Below, piece after piece: positions 1 through 13,423 of a DNA stretch of 64,000 nucleotides. The DNA is from Phoronis australis (taxonomy: Eukaryota; Animalia; Phoronida). The position numbers were made by a program, and so were the translations under genes. Under the pieces are notes generated by a model. That model had not been told where the DNA came from. It ran no database searches and worked only from the letters and a program-made list of their open reading frames with translations. The stretch is from NCBI GenBank assembly GCA_002633005.1, contig NMRA01000092.1:1-64000 (forward strand), read 5' to 3'. The stretch's first letter is position 1; each line of letters starts with the position of its first letter.

Positions 1-391
1 GAGAACATAGAATGTGAAATGCAGTTACCAACAATTCATGAAAACACTAGCAGAGGCCAATACCATCAAACTTTACAAGAGACTCAACTGGAAAAATATA
101 CCAATCCCACAGCATGCTCTGAGTAAACTTTTATATTTTACGCAACGTAATATGCATTTTTCTGGGCTTCCGAATGGCACCACCAAAGACAACTCACTTA
201 GCTCACAAAAATGTGTACCCACGATCAACACCACACAACATTTCCGAAAAGACGACTCTAGATTTCCTGATAAGTAGAAATTTACTAATAGTTAAATCCA
301 ATTCAGAAATTTTCAGTATTATTCAATGTTAATTTCTGCTTCAAATTTTTCAAAGACGGAAACTTCCCAGTCGTCTGGTTTCTCTGCAAAC

Positions 392-918
392 TGTTATTAA
401 TTGCTGTCAATGCACATGTGATTTCTACAGTAAACAAGATGGCATGTGAATAGTGCAATCTGTTTGCATCTGAGACTTGAGAGGGATTGATTTAAGACAC
501 CATTCAAAATTTGTTTATTCACGAAAATAGTACGAGTGACGAACGTGAGTACACTGTTGATCGTGGGCACACCGCTGATTGTGACTTCACTGCCGATCAT
601 GAGTTCACTGTCGATCGCAAGTATTTTGATGTTAATGGCCTCCCAGGAAGTGACAGTAACCTCGTCTCTGACATCTTAAGACAATGTGAAGATAATGATG
701 GCGAATAAATGAGACACAAGCTAATCAAGAGACAACGAGGAAAAGGTTATTGTAAGGGTGCGTCAGATGGAAGAAGAGAGAGGAATGCACCAAGAAGTGT
801 AGACCGTCTTGATTATGGAACACCAAGGATAGGAAAGAGCTGTGGGAAAGGTCAAAGTTCACAAACAGACAAACTACACTGCAGCAACATAGATGGCGTA
901 ACTTGAATACGAACAACA
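392..918 (-). mobile_element. Candidate solo LTR in a SLU7 intron
   Basis: TGTTAT...ACAACA termini, near-TSD AAAC/AAAG, minus-strand AATAAA at ~514, and an internal degenerate 18-bp repeat (547-618). Confidence 0.35.
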
Positions 919-1696
919 AAAGCAACAGTTCCAAAAACATTCCTGTTCAAAGATGAAACAAAAACACCAATGCAAGTTTATTTTTGATTTTGTCACAGTG
1001 TGTATTAGAACCTGCTGGATGTTTTATACTCACACTGTTGTGTGGCCATGTCATGTGCATCTCCCGAGTAACGTACAAAGTTGTCACCAGAAAAGCCCAG
1101 ACCAAGCCTACAATCATAACAAATATGTCACTCAACATTAACTTGTATGCCATGTATACGCATGCTACTGTAGCTTGGAAAGCCCTTTTTGGAAAGGCGG
1201 AACTCGTTGAAAACACAATTTGTGCTCACTTTCTCAACATTCGTTTTTCTGGATCTCGAAAATGAGGCAATTTCAAAACAAATGGACAATTCCAACATGC
1301 CACTTTTGTAAATAAATGCAAGAATCAGGTTTGCCACCCATATACAATGACCCCAACACAACAATTTACAGATTTTTTAAAATAATTTTGTGGGAAATCT
1401 TTTTTTCAACTAATGAATTCAAAACTTCAGTCACTGTACTTCACTTATTTAGCACACAATATGTCCGACAAGTGAAATTCTATTTTGTGAAATTTCTCTA
1501 CAAAAATAGAGATTTAGCAAAAATTTAACCTACAATTAGCCTGATTTTCAGAATGATCTAATAAAACAATATTCGTCAAGTTTTCATTATAGGTAGCAAT
1601 GAACGAAACCAGTTTTTGAAAAACTGGAAAAAAAAATTTGACAATCATTTTTACACAAAATCAACAGATAATTACCATAGTATTTTCTCTCTAAGA

Positions 1697-1792
1697 TCAA
1701 AGATAACTCTACAGATCAATATATCTGAACCAGACAGTCCAATCAAAGATAACTCTACAAATCAATATATCTGAACCAGACAGTCCAATCAA
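1697..1792. repeat. 46-bp tandem duplication
   Basis: TCAAAGATAACTCTACA(G/A)ATCAATATATCTGAACCAGACAGTCCAA x2. Confidence 0.85.
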
Positions 1793-1872
1793 TGGTAATT
1801 TGTTGACAAGAGCACAGTTGCTGTAGTTTATGAAACCTGCTACTGAAGAGTGTGCTGGTGTTATGTACTCAC

Positions 1873-4800
1873 TCTGTTGGGTCTTTATTGGTACCCTGGA
1901 GGGGATTTTCCCTCATAGATCGTGTCTTTGGGTCATAGTAGGCCGAGTTCGGGTCCAAATTGTACAGGTACTACAACATAATCAATAATGTTAAAAAATA
2001 CTTTTTAAGTGTACGTTGAATTAAGTGTCACAAACAGCCCACCGTGAAGATGCTCCCAACACTTTGATAAGTATAGAAATGTTAGTGATATTAATGAGAA
2101 AAAATTATAAATCACAACTCCTGGAACTTACTGTAAAATTTGCATCTAGTTATTCACCTGGAAGAATGATAATGTCGTCCAGCAATAATAATAGGTATAG
2201 TAGGTAATAATAATAAAAGCTATATAGACTGCATTGCTTAGCAACACATACATGTCAACAACGTATATTCATGACTGTTATCTTAGGTAATACCTAACAA
2301 GTCAATCCTTCCTCTTCTTAACATGTTTACAAAAGATTTAAAAGTCACTGTCAACTGCAGTCCCTCCACTCAAATGAATCGAGCTAATTTTGACTTGTCC
2401 TTTAGAATAGCAACTCGCTAAACAAGGCTGCATCTCTTAAATAATTAAAATGAAACTTCAGACACCGCTACACCAACAATCTAAATTTACGTACTTTTGC
2501 AGTGTCTTCTCGAATACGCAGATTCCTCACTGTAATACGCTGTTTTGTCTCAAACTTCTGGCCAGGCATGTCCACATCTTCAGCATACTTATCTTCATCG
2601 TCTCCGTCATCATCATCCTTCATAGAAAAATCAACAGGTAGTGAAAATGCGCTAGATATTTCACAACAGTTACATTTTGCAGTTAAAAAAAAAAAAATTT
2701 AACTTGTTCGGAGTTTCACAAAGACAGAACTATACAGTGTTGCACCGGTATCTTGTGCACTTCAGCTTAGCTTCTGATGTTGCTGCCACTAGGTGGTGCT
2801 TAGATAAGAATGTACAGCACAAGTCAAAAGTATTCAGACAAAATGACCAGGAATTCCCAGTCACGACTGCTGAGCAGACGTCGAATTCATAGTCAGAGTA
2901 GTCTCCCCTGATGACCGTGAATGAAGGGGAATTAATGGGAAAGTTAGTAAGGTGACTGTGCCATTCCGTAATTAGAATTCTGCCACCTTAACAGTCATTG
3001 CCAGTAATATTTGCTGATAGGAGGATTAGCCACCGCAATGGTGAACACTACATTTTCTCTGCAGTTGTATATAACTGTATTTATATAAATCAAGACATTG
3101 ATATCATATAAGCAAGAATTGCTATGTATGAAGACTAATAATTCATGCTTGTAATATTTTGTCTGATTACTTTTGTCTTCTAGTGTATGCAAGACATGAT
3201 AACTTTGTAAAACGTTAATTTGTCAATACAGAACTGAAACCATTTTTTTCACAATAAGTCACCACCGAGACCACATAATTAATTTGGCAACAATTTACTC
3301 TTTGCTTGTAAAAGTGACTTATTAAGTACCTTTTGCGAAAGAAGTTTGAGCTTCATGAAATATATTAAAATGTAGATTACCACCATTAAGGCGTAATTTA
3401 CCTTTTTGAGTGTCTCTGTTTCTCCACTTTCTAGTGCTTTGTCGAGATTTTTAGATTTTAAAATACGTTTTGCCTCTTCTAACTTTGCATAATCTTCTAT
3501 TATTCTTTTGTGTTCATCGGTGTCATAACCATTCCACCTGAAAATGCGAGTAAATTAAACCAAATATGACAACTGAGACTAACGATAAAGATAGAAATTT
3601 AAACTGCTTAATCGTAAGTAAACATTCTCTATTCAAACAAATCTGAACTAAAATATCAGCTCATTCCAAATCTGTCCATCTGCTCTGTAGTACGATCTGA
3701 ATGTTAGCATCAATTTGTTTGGTTCATGCTTCAAACAATTTCGATGTTTTTGATCAGGTACTCTGTTGTGGGACTTTGTTGCAGGTAATAATTTTACACA
3801 GTGATACAAGGAATGAGAAAGAGTTTGCCAATAATCCTGTGATCAGATGCTCCATCACAAACTTCAGTTTGAAGTCTGCAATTTTGGTTTTTTATAGCAG
3901 CAGCACAAGTATGAGACAATACAATGGTGGTGCAGAGAATTAACCCAAGAAATGAATCACTATATCTAGGATTACATAAACATAGTGACAAATTATTAAG
4001 GAAAAAATAAAATAATGAGTAATAACGCAAAGAAAATAACAAAAACATAAGGAAATCATATGACTACATAAATTATGAATAAAAGTAAAAACAAACAAAA
4101 AGCTCAGCGTAGCGTAGAAATTAAAACAATTACTTACTATGACATTTAAAATGAAATTATGGTTTTGGAGGAATAAAAAAAAATTACAGTTATAATCTAA
4201 GTTGTGGCAACTATATAACAAAAAGCGAGTTATCAAAATGAGGCTGCAAAAGAACCAGTCATGCTCAGCATTACAGACGCGGGACGTGAGCATGTAGCCA
4301 GCATAAATATTAGTTACACCACACAAATTATGACGGCGCTTTTGTGAATCTTTAAACCTGTCACTCTAGTAACAAAAATGATGACCTGAAAAATATAAAC
4401 AAAACAAAAGTCACATTCTTCCATTCCTACCTGTCACGTTTGCCTTCATAATCAAAACTCAAATCCACATTAACATGTTCGTCAGGGGCAATGTCTTCTC
4501 CTGTGAACTTAGCTCCCGTTTTCCGCGGCCTTTCTAAGCAGTCTTTCTTCTTGTGCGTCATCGCCCCGCAGTTCTCACATGCTCCCTTCCTGAATTTAGT
4601 GGCTATTGGTCCCTAGCAAAGAGCAAAGTCCACAGTAAAGGTATTAGTTCTTACTAAACTTTCATACAAATACAGTGCAAGCCCAAAGTAATCCAATTAA
4701 ATGACCTGGAATTCCCCCTCACGACGGCTCAGCTAAGGCATAATTCACGACCCTAGCGGCAACATGTCATGACCACGAATAAAAAAATTTAGTGGAAAGT

Positions 4801-6876
4801 TAACAATGTGAAGCGCTATTCTGTAGCCACGGTTTTTCTGGAATGATGAGTCATGACGGGCCATCGCCAAATAGATTTGCTAGGAGCATAATTAGCCAAC
4901 ATGGCACAGAGACAGCATTCAACTTGACTACTTTTGGCAGCATGTATTATAAAAGAGATGTCAGTATTATTTGCCAGACAATGAAATTTTGTTGTTCGGA
5001 ATGAAAGTTGTATCTAGGATACCTTGAAACAATTCACGTGTAAGTGTGCCAGACTAGAAAATTTCATAATCTTGGTCTTATGTTAGACTAAAACATTCTG
5101 AAATAGTCATCCAATAGCTCATTGCAAATGAGCCCTCACACTGCAGGGCCTTTGATGCCTCGATTTTGGGGCTGAATAATGACCCAACTCCACTATGAAA
5201 AATATCAAAAATTNTCCAACGAGGGTCTTGCGTTGCATTTGCTTTTTGTGACAGACTTCGTCACGGTTACTGGTGGTGTGGCCACACAATGGAGATTTGA
5301 TTACACCAAAGGCTGATCAGTACCATGACCACTAACCGCCATATGAGGATATGCACAAATGGAAATAAAAGACAAGATTGTGCAACGTGAGCAAAGTATC
5401 TCAGGTTATGTTATCACAAATAGAAAGATTTTTCAACATTTAGGTTATGTCTATCTCGTACGACAGTCTTCCTCAGAATGACTTAACTATTGCTGGTTGT
5501 TGTTTGTTGGAACATGTGCGATCAATACCCTGTTATAAATGTGCAGGTATGGACCAGACAAATATCAAACACATCAACAACCAACAGCCAGCAACAGTTG
5601 CGTTATTCTAAGGAAGACTACCGCCTAAGACAGACAAAAGCTAAATGGTTAGAAAATCTTCCCGCTTGTAACAAGATAAGTTAAACTGAAATCACAATGT
5701 ATTACACAGCTGATGAACATCCTTAGACATGGGTGAAATAATTCAAATCATCTCCACGAAACACAACCTGCCATGACAATAACGCGCTGTACCTGTTTCA
5801 CGCCTTTCTTGAACCACTGATTCATCTTGGCGTACACTTTCTTGTTTTCCTCCGGCTCTCGCTGATGTTTTAGTGTTGGCACTTTGGAGCCGATGTACCA
5901 AGGGGCTTGCATGATGTACTGTGGAATGTGGGGGTTGATATCCCTGGTGTAAGACAATAGGAAACATTACTAACCCATATATATATGTTCATTAGATCAC
6001 GTGATGTGGCCAATAGGTGGGGTGCAGAACAGACTCAAAAAATGTTTATGATCACCACCCATAGCAAGGATTGATGAACACTGATAAAAGTATAATTCAT
6101 ATTGTGAATGTTAGATGAATTTACTTTAACCTGCATTTCCCTCTCTTAAGAAATCTAACTAAAATGCAAAACTGGAATTAGCCATTCACTGTAAAAGTCA
6201 TTCGGACAGCATTCCCTACCGTTACCAGATTATTACTAAGAAAACTGACCATAAGCAGCTCGAGAAAACTTAGATTTAATTGGGGTTCGCCAACCCAAAA
6301 AGTGCAAATTCGAAAATGGCGCATGTACACGTTGCCTGTGACTTCAGAAAGTGTTGGAAATAGAATCCTATCCTGGTAAGGAATATTACAACATCAATTT
6401 CATTAAAGTAAAAGGCCCAATTCGATTTTCTTATTAGCCAGCTGAACAAGACAAGATGCAGCTTTATTATTTCTAATACTAGTAGACACAGGTAAGTGAA
6501 TTGAGTGTACGTTTTGAGAGGAGCTAAAATTCTCTGGAGATGGACATTCAACGTGACAATTTTTAAGGAACTTCAAATCTCAACTGTATAAAATTTTTGG
6601 TGATGATATAAACAAACATAGGCCCTTAAAGGAGCAATTTTTAAACACTCAAGTGTGAGGAATTAAAACAAGCAAGGGTGTTAAACCACAAATTACTCAC
6701 TTCCCTTCCTCATCCACCATTGCTGGCACTGTGCCAGCTTTCCTAGCCTCCTCCAGTTCTTTCATTTTCTTGTAGTCTTCCCGAGACTTTTTTCTCATTT
6801 CATCGCCATCTTTTTCTTCCTCTGTTTTAGCCTCTCTGGCCACCACAGAAGGTGGCATGTTAAGTTGAAATGACAT
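1873..6876 (-). CDS. SLU7: Pre-mRNA splicing factor SLU7, 5' part (six coding exons; continues beyond the left edge)
   Basis: Phase-consistent GT-AG exons 6876-6701, 5943-5793, 4612-4431, 3537-3402, 2617-2495 and 1970-1873. They give MSFQLNMPP...[31 protein letters not shown]|[16 protein letters not shown]...|[31 protein letters not shown]...DYEGKRDR|WNGYD...|[35 protein letters not shown]|[23 protein letters not shown]. These are the SLU7 zinc knuckle and signature motifs. An acceptor at 6891-6892 implies an upstream 5'UTR exon. Confidence 0.95.
2820..3190. repeat. Dispersed unclassified repeat family (other copies ~4680-4900, 25480-25740 inverted, 28510-28760 inverted, 58315-58740)
   Basis: Shared motifs AAATGACC.GGAATT...AGAGTAGTCTCCCCTGATGAC...GAATGAAGG.GAATTAA and TGTCTGATTACTTTTG. 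Confidence 0.7.
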
Positions 6877-8518
6877 TATGTCAGATGAGCCTGAAGAATA
6901 ACACATGAGTTCACTGACGTTCATCGAGCCTTGAACAACTGTTAAATGTAAACGCAATATTGCAAATGATAAAGTTATTCTAAAAGGAATATGTGGAAAT
7001 ATTTAACTCACTTTATCTCAGAGCATGCGATATTCAAAATCAAAAGGAAATTGGACACGCAATTTAAACACACAAACACTGTTACTAAATATAAACTTCT
7101 TTATCCAGACGCGTGCAGGCAATATGAACCTTATTGTTGCTACATTTTTATGCCACAGCAAAATTTGGAAAACCACTGCATGTCTCTATTTCCTTTGACA
7201 TTTACTATTTGAAACACTCCTCTTCAGTCAGTTTCCCTGAATCTGAATCAATCTGATTTCGATCCAAAGTCAAAGGACTTCACAAACGTTGTAATTACCT
7301 TTAAAGAGCAAAACGAAGTCACTTCTTTACCATGTAAATTTGCGGTGTTAGTTCAAATTAAATAGCTGACTGTCCTAAGGAGGAGAGCTAATGTTGGAAA
7401 AATGGAATTAAAAACAATTGGCTGCACGTGGAGGCATCCCACTATAATGTTACTTAAGAAAGGCAGATAGCTTGGACAAAGATATCAAGAGGAGGGACTT
7501 GATGTAATGTAGCCCGGCAAGCTATTCCAGTCTGCGACTGTTCTGTGTTTCTTCTCAAGAATTAGTAACAGTCAGGGAAGGTGTCAATAGAGCATTGGGT
7601 GGTCGCAGTTATAGAATTCTTGTCCAATATTTTAAACGAGAACTAGTCTTGGCAGTGTTTAGCTAACCTGTTTTAACACAAAACTATCCCGTCTTTATTT
7701 TGACATTGATAAACGATAGCTGACGGACCAGGCTCACTCACGTCATTCAACACCATACGGGTATTACATTATCAGGTAATTAAGCTGCAATAGGGCTGTC
7801 ACTGTAGGACACATAGCAACAGAACTTTCTTTTGACCCAGACATAAGAAAATGCCTCGTTATCATTGCCCTTGTTTCCAGAGGCACATTTTCACAGGTCA
7901 TATCGGAAACTGTCCAGCTGTGGTGTGTCTTTGATTGGTGTCACGCATCCACGGATAGTGGTCTACTCTTTTAAGTCTAAAGTTGTTAGTTGTGTGACGG
8001 GAGCGCCGTCTATTGTTGGAGTCATGAGTGAAGACGAGTCGTCAGTTTAGTTCCAGATGCTAGAGTGCGTAATTATATTTTAAAGGGGTGTAAGATGGTC
8101 AATTCCTTATATGGGACTTCCGATGACAAAATTTTTAGTTCTATTTTGATTGGTTTTTACATTTAACTTGAGACCCTATTTTAGCGTAATTTGGAACATT
8201 CGCGGTGCGAATAAGTCTATAAAAATGGGCCCCTCAAGCTAAAACTTCGGATTCTGCCGGGTCTCAACTCTATCCGCAAGGAATCGCAACCAAGCAAACT
8301 AACTGTTTGGGCCTTTTAAATTTGGACTTTGACGTTTTTCAGTGATTTCTTCTTGTTTATAAATTCTTTGGGTTATAAGTCAAAGCTGCGATGTCGACGG
8401 AAGTTAGCGATGAGTTGTAAGTTTGTAGATTTGTGTTTCATATTTATTGCATAACAAAACTTAGTATATTTATCTTCTTCTCTCTTGTTTCACTCTCTAT
8501 AAGTTGTCACCATGGTTC

Positions 8519-10226
8519 TAGGGACGTGACAAAGTCTTGTCTCAACGCTGATTGGCTTTTCCCAGATATTGCGTAATGGCGATTATCGATAAGACAGCCA
8601 TTGTCTCACGGTGGCTATAGTATTTCAGCTCTCTCTCCTCCAGAAACCAAGAAAACAGGGAACCACATTATTGATGACGTAGACCGTAAATTCTTCTGGG
8701 CATACGTCATTTTCTTTGTTGAATTTTCATTCTTGTCAAAGCATGTCACTGGTGAGAAGTTGGGGGAATTTTTCGCTCCTGTTTGACTGCTTGTATTTTG
8801 AAAGGTAAGTTATTTTCTCTTATGAAATGTGTTCTTTATTCTTATTTTATATCTTTTGCAACTGCTCACCAAATTTCAATTCAATCAAATCACCGTNNNN
8901 NNNNNNNNNNNNNNNNNNNNNNNNNNNNNNNNNNNNNNNNNNNNNNNNNNNNNNNNNNNNNNNNNNNNNNNNNNNNNNNNNNNNNNNNNNNNNNNNNNNN
9001 NNNNNNNNNNNNNNNNNNNNNNNNNNNNNNNNNNNNNNNNNNNNNNNNNNNNNNNNNNNNNNNNNNNNNNNNNNNNNNNNNNNNNNNNNNNNNNNNNNNN
9101 NNNNNNNNNNNNNNNNNNNNNNNNNNNNNNNNNNNNNNNNNNNNNNNNNNNNNNNNNNNNNNNNNNNNNNNNNNNNNNNNNNNNNNNNNNNNNNNNNNNN
9201 NNNNNNNNNNNNNNNNNNNNNNNNNNNNNNNNNNNNNNNNNNNNNNNNNNNNNNNNNNNNNNNNNNNNNNNNNNNNNNNNNNNNNNNNNNNNNNNNNNNN
9301 NNNNNNNNNNNNNNNNNNNNNNNNNNNNNNNNNNNNNNNNNNNNNNNNNNNNNNNNNNNNNNNNNNNNNNNNNNNNNNNNNNNNNNNNNNNNNNNNNNNN
9401 NNNNNNNNNNNNNNNNNNGTCAAGCAAAAATTTGTTCTTAAAGTTGAACGAATCTCGTTTTGGTTTCATTTATCTTGTAAAATTGTATTACTACAACTAC
9501 TTTTCTGTTATGGGTGGCAGCCATCTTGGCAGCCATTTTGTACAAAATAAACATGTATGCATAACACAATTGTATGATATCCGTGCAGTTCATAAAAACA
9601 CATTTAATATTCATTTATTACGTGTACATCATGGTTACATGGTTGCTGAATCAATCTCTTCTTGTGGTCGTTAATGCAGTAATGTTGGCAGCCATTTTGG
9701 CAACTATTGCGGAAATGTCGAAAATATTGCCTAAACATGTTTTTCTCCATTCTCTTCAAAAAAGCAATGAAAAGACCTATCATTTGGTATATCACACCAT
9801 ATAGTTTGTTAATGGTATATTACACCATATAGTTCATTAACGTAAAACAATAAGACGTTTTTGCAGTCATAATGGTGGCCATATTGTCCGCCATTTTGGA
9901 ATTTGGAATTTTTTGTTTTCTTAAAAATGTTTCTCACCAAGTAAATGCTAGGATTGTCATATCCTGAAATTTTCATGTTGTTATTAAAAGTATTGAGGAA
10001 GTTATTGTGAAAAAACTAATTTTGGGTCACATGAATGCGCATTTACTCCCATGTATTCAGAGGACTAAAAAAAAGGGCTAATTATCGCTCTTCAAACGTT
10101 CATAAAAAGTCAACGGCTTAATGGATTTTGTTAATTTTTTTTGTTTGACTCTGTTTTTGATGTTTTATTAAATCAATGCATTTTTAAATATTAAATAAGA
10201 ATTTGAAATTTTTTGTCACGTCCCTA
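8519..10226. mobile_element. Non-autonomous DNA transposon with 15-bp TIRs and a 9-bp TSD (contains the N gap)
   Basis: TAGGGACGTGACAAA at 8519-8533 and its exact reverse complement at 10212-10226, flanked by CCATGGTTC at 8510-8518 and 10227-10235. Confidence 0.85.
8897..9418. other. Assembly gap (N run)
   Basis: Run of n; ORFs crossing it are artefacts. Confidence 0.99.
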
Positions 10227-11199
10227 CCATGGTTCTCTCGTATGCGATTCGAACGAGTGAAAAAGTACACAACACTGCAAATATTGTTATAAATGTTATC
10301 GGCTACGAACAGTCGACATTTAAGAAATTTAACTAAGTAGATCGATGCTGGTCGCTCTACCGATTCCCATTATAGTTGTAGAACCCATCGTAAGCTGAGG
10401 AACCAACACGTTCATAATAAATCTGTTGATTCTCAGATGATTTTTTAACGGTGACTTACACTCAGCCATTCACAATAAAATATGGTGGGTTCGACTACAA
10501 CGTTTACCGAACGTGGTCACCACTGCCCTGGCACAGGACTGGTGAATCTATGATTCATTGGTCTAACGTCTTTAGGCAACTAGTAATTCATGATAATCGG
10601 TTTTACTCGAGCTCATTTTGTTACCTGCACCACTCTTCTGCGTTGAAGAAGTGTCGTTCAGCAGGAACACAACAGTGAGCAAGAGCCACAGTAGACTTCG
10701 AGGACAAGCGTTATTTTATTCTGTGCTGATAGTGACAAATTCCAAGTTTGTATTAAATAATCTTAACCCAATATTTGAGTTTGAATTTAACAGAATTATG
10801 AGAAATATTGGCATTTTCGGTCATTTTTATAGTCTTGGCTTTAGGCAATCATTACTTTTCATGCTTTTTTCATTTTCAGTGGTTTTTGATTTTTGACTTT
10901 TTGACAGGTGCAAGAGCAGATTGCAGATTGTGGTCGAGCCCGAAACCCTGTACGAAGCCTATTAACATTCACTTGTTGTAAAGATGAATAATATTTGTAT
11001 TTTGACTTTAATATTGATATAGCTAGGCGCTAGGCTGGCTAACAACTAAACAAGTCGGGAGTAGACAGCCTGACCACCGTCTCAGTCTCAGTGTGTAGTA
11101 GTTCAACCAAAGACGCTAACGGTCTACGGTCTCTGGTTAAACTACAGACGGTGGAGCTCCTAGTATATAAGCGCGTCATACACCGGAAGCTTTTCGCCG

Positions 11200-12210
11200 A
11201 ATTATGCATTGCTCGAAAAGACGGCTTCTTATGGCGATGTAGCACGTGCAAAACTTCACTGGCCATCCGAGATGGAAGTTTCTTTGCAAAGTCCAACTTG
11301 AGCCTCGACAAACTAATACAGTTTATATACTTTTGGGCAATGGACACGTTCACCATGGCTCAAATACGAGACGAGCGTTCCATCCGGAGCAGTAGGACCC
11401 TTGTGGACTGGAACAATTTTATGAGGGACGTTTGCACGGAGCACTTTATAAGGAATCCGCAGCAGATTGGAGGACCCAGCTCGATAGTGGAGGTAAGCAC
11501 CGTCGCAGTTTCCCAATAAATCACGTTAAGTGTGATTTTGTTTTTGACCAGACCCTATTTGGTTCATGTTCATAGTGTACATAATGCTTGGCAAACGCGG
11601 ATGACATGTATTGTTCTAACGCCTATTGTTCCTGAAATGTACATTTGTGGCCATTAATTAGCCACCCACCTTCAAATACTGATAGTAATGCAGTTATTAA
11701 CATGTATTTGAACATTCTCCCGTTTACGTTTCAGATAGACGAATCAAAGTTCAGTCGTATTAAATACAACAGAGGTAGACGAGTCGATGGACGCTGGGTG
11801 CTCGGGGGAATCAACAGGACAAATAAGCGAGAGACGTTCTTGATTCCGGTTAGGCGGCGCGACGCTAACACTTTGATCCCTTTAATCACCGCCAACGTCG
11901 CGCCTGGGACCAGAATCATGACGGACGAGTGGAGATCGTACCGCGGCCTAGCGAACCTGCAGTACCAGCACGATGTCATAAACCATTCAATCCACTTTGT
12001 TGACCCGGCAGATCCAACTATCCACACAAACACGGTTGAGAGCACGTGGAAGGACATGAAATGGAAACACAAGCGCATGTGCGGCACTCGCAAAAGGCGA
12101 CCTCTCTTGCACACGTATTATCCGAGTACCGTTGGAGACGTAAGCACCGCGCCGGAGGGCCAGCCTTCCAACAAGTAATAATGGACATTGCTGAACAATA
12201 CGTTGTTTAA
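11200..12210 (+). pseudogene. Merlin (IS1595/ISXO2-family) DDE transposase with a spliceosomal intron and one frameshift
   Basis: Protein reads DGFLWRCSTC...IRDGSFF...VDWNNFMRDVC...IGGPSSIVE|IDESKFSRIKYNRGRRVDGRWVLGGI...RDANTLIPLI...PGTRIMTDEWRSY...HDVINHSIHFVDP...HTNTVESTW. GT-AG intron at 11493-11734. A 1-nt loss near 12119 shifts the C-terminal SEYRWRRKH...IAEQYVV* (stop 12208-12210) out of frame. TIRs not located. Confidence 0.88.
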
Positions 12211-12819
12211 ATGGTTATTGTACATAGGCGCTGCGAAAATGTAGTGTTCGTAAGTTTAGTTATTAGTAGGCGGCAAAGACGCAGTGAAGTTTTTTTAGTT
12301 TCAGTCACGTTAATGTATACACACACAAGTCCTGATTTTAATAGTTAACATGTAGTGTTTGAGACATGTGTTTGTTCTTGTTTGTAGTATGTGTTTTGCC
12401 ATGTATCAGTCTTGCATTTTTTGAAGTTTTTTGTTGTTGTAAATGAATTGTGGTTATGAAAGTTATGCTGTATATGTTGTTTTGCCATTGACTATTTATC
12501 AGTGTTGTTATCATTATGTTATTGTGAAGCTTTGTTGTCTAAAGTATACGAACAACAATATATGTATAACAATATATTTTTATTCGTTTTTCACTTCCAT
12601 TTCACCACTTTAGGTAACGCAGTTTGCGACAAACATGCACGCAGCATCAAATATGGGGCGGTCTTTTTTCCCTTTTCAGTAAACATTTAAGAAAGTCAAG
12701 CAACTCAAAAAAAGAAAGGAAAGATGAGGATAAAATGATGAATTAAACATGAACAATAATCTGTACGTCAACTTTGCCAAAACAGAACTTGTCCGGTATG
12801 AGGTTCGTCTATTTTACTC

Positions 12820-12962
12820 GAGAGGCGTGGTCCCAGTAGTTAACCTTTCTACCAATAGGTGTCATGTAGCATCCATTAATAAAATGGCGGCAAACAGACA
12901 AGGCGGTAGGAAATGAACACCTCCGAAAAACGCAAACTGCATGACAAGGAAGACACCAATAG
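12820..12962 (+). promoter_or_regulatory. Probable NOA1 promoter and non-coding first exon
   Basis: GC-box-like GAGGCGTGG (~12822), CCAAT (12852), YY1-type AAAATGGCGG (12881) and donor AG|GTATGT at 12962/12963. A matching acceptor lies at 14106-14107 upstream of the NOA1 ATG. Confidence 0.55.
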
Positions 12963-13086
12963 GTATGTGCTATGCATTTTTGAAATGTGCATGGCGAGAG
13001 GATTCAGAAAATACTGATATCATGGGTGGACATTAATGGAGTCTGATTGTAAACAATAACCAACATCTATGTCATATTGTTAAAAT

Positions 13087-13423
13087 TACCTTTTGCCCAC
13101 AAAGGGACATTTGGTGGCCGTCGATGTATGCAATTCCTTCTAACGCGAACAAATACTCCCGTTATCAACTTTTTCTTTGAGTGGTCCCTTGTTTAGTTCC
13201 CGAAACAGGTAACTCACCATATTTAACACTGTGCGTGCCAGGTGGTGTGATGTCATATCCCCTGACATGCGCAGTGTTAAAAATGGTGAGTTACCAATTT
13301 TGGGAACTGAATGAAGGACCGCTCGAAGAAAGAGTTTAATTGATAACGGGAGTATTTGTTCGAGTTGGAAGGAATTAAATACATCGACGGCCTCCTAAGG
13401 TGTCCCTCTGTGCGCAAAAGGTA
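13087..13423. repeat. Foldback (long palindromic) element; truncated second copy at 13693-13935
   Basis: Imperfect inverted arms of ~160 bp (TACCTTTTG...TACTCCCGTTATCAA...GGTAACTCACCAT versus ATGGTGAGTTACC...TTGATAACGGGAGTA...CAAAAGGTA) around a short loop. Confidence 0.8.

Noticed and set aside
8783-9674. Long ORFs of 177-281 aa in the track
   Set aside because: They are mostly X residues from the N gap.
10240-12700. TIRs and TSD of the Merlin element
   Set aside because: No convincing inverted terminal pair found by eye, so the element boundaries are not reported.
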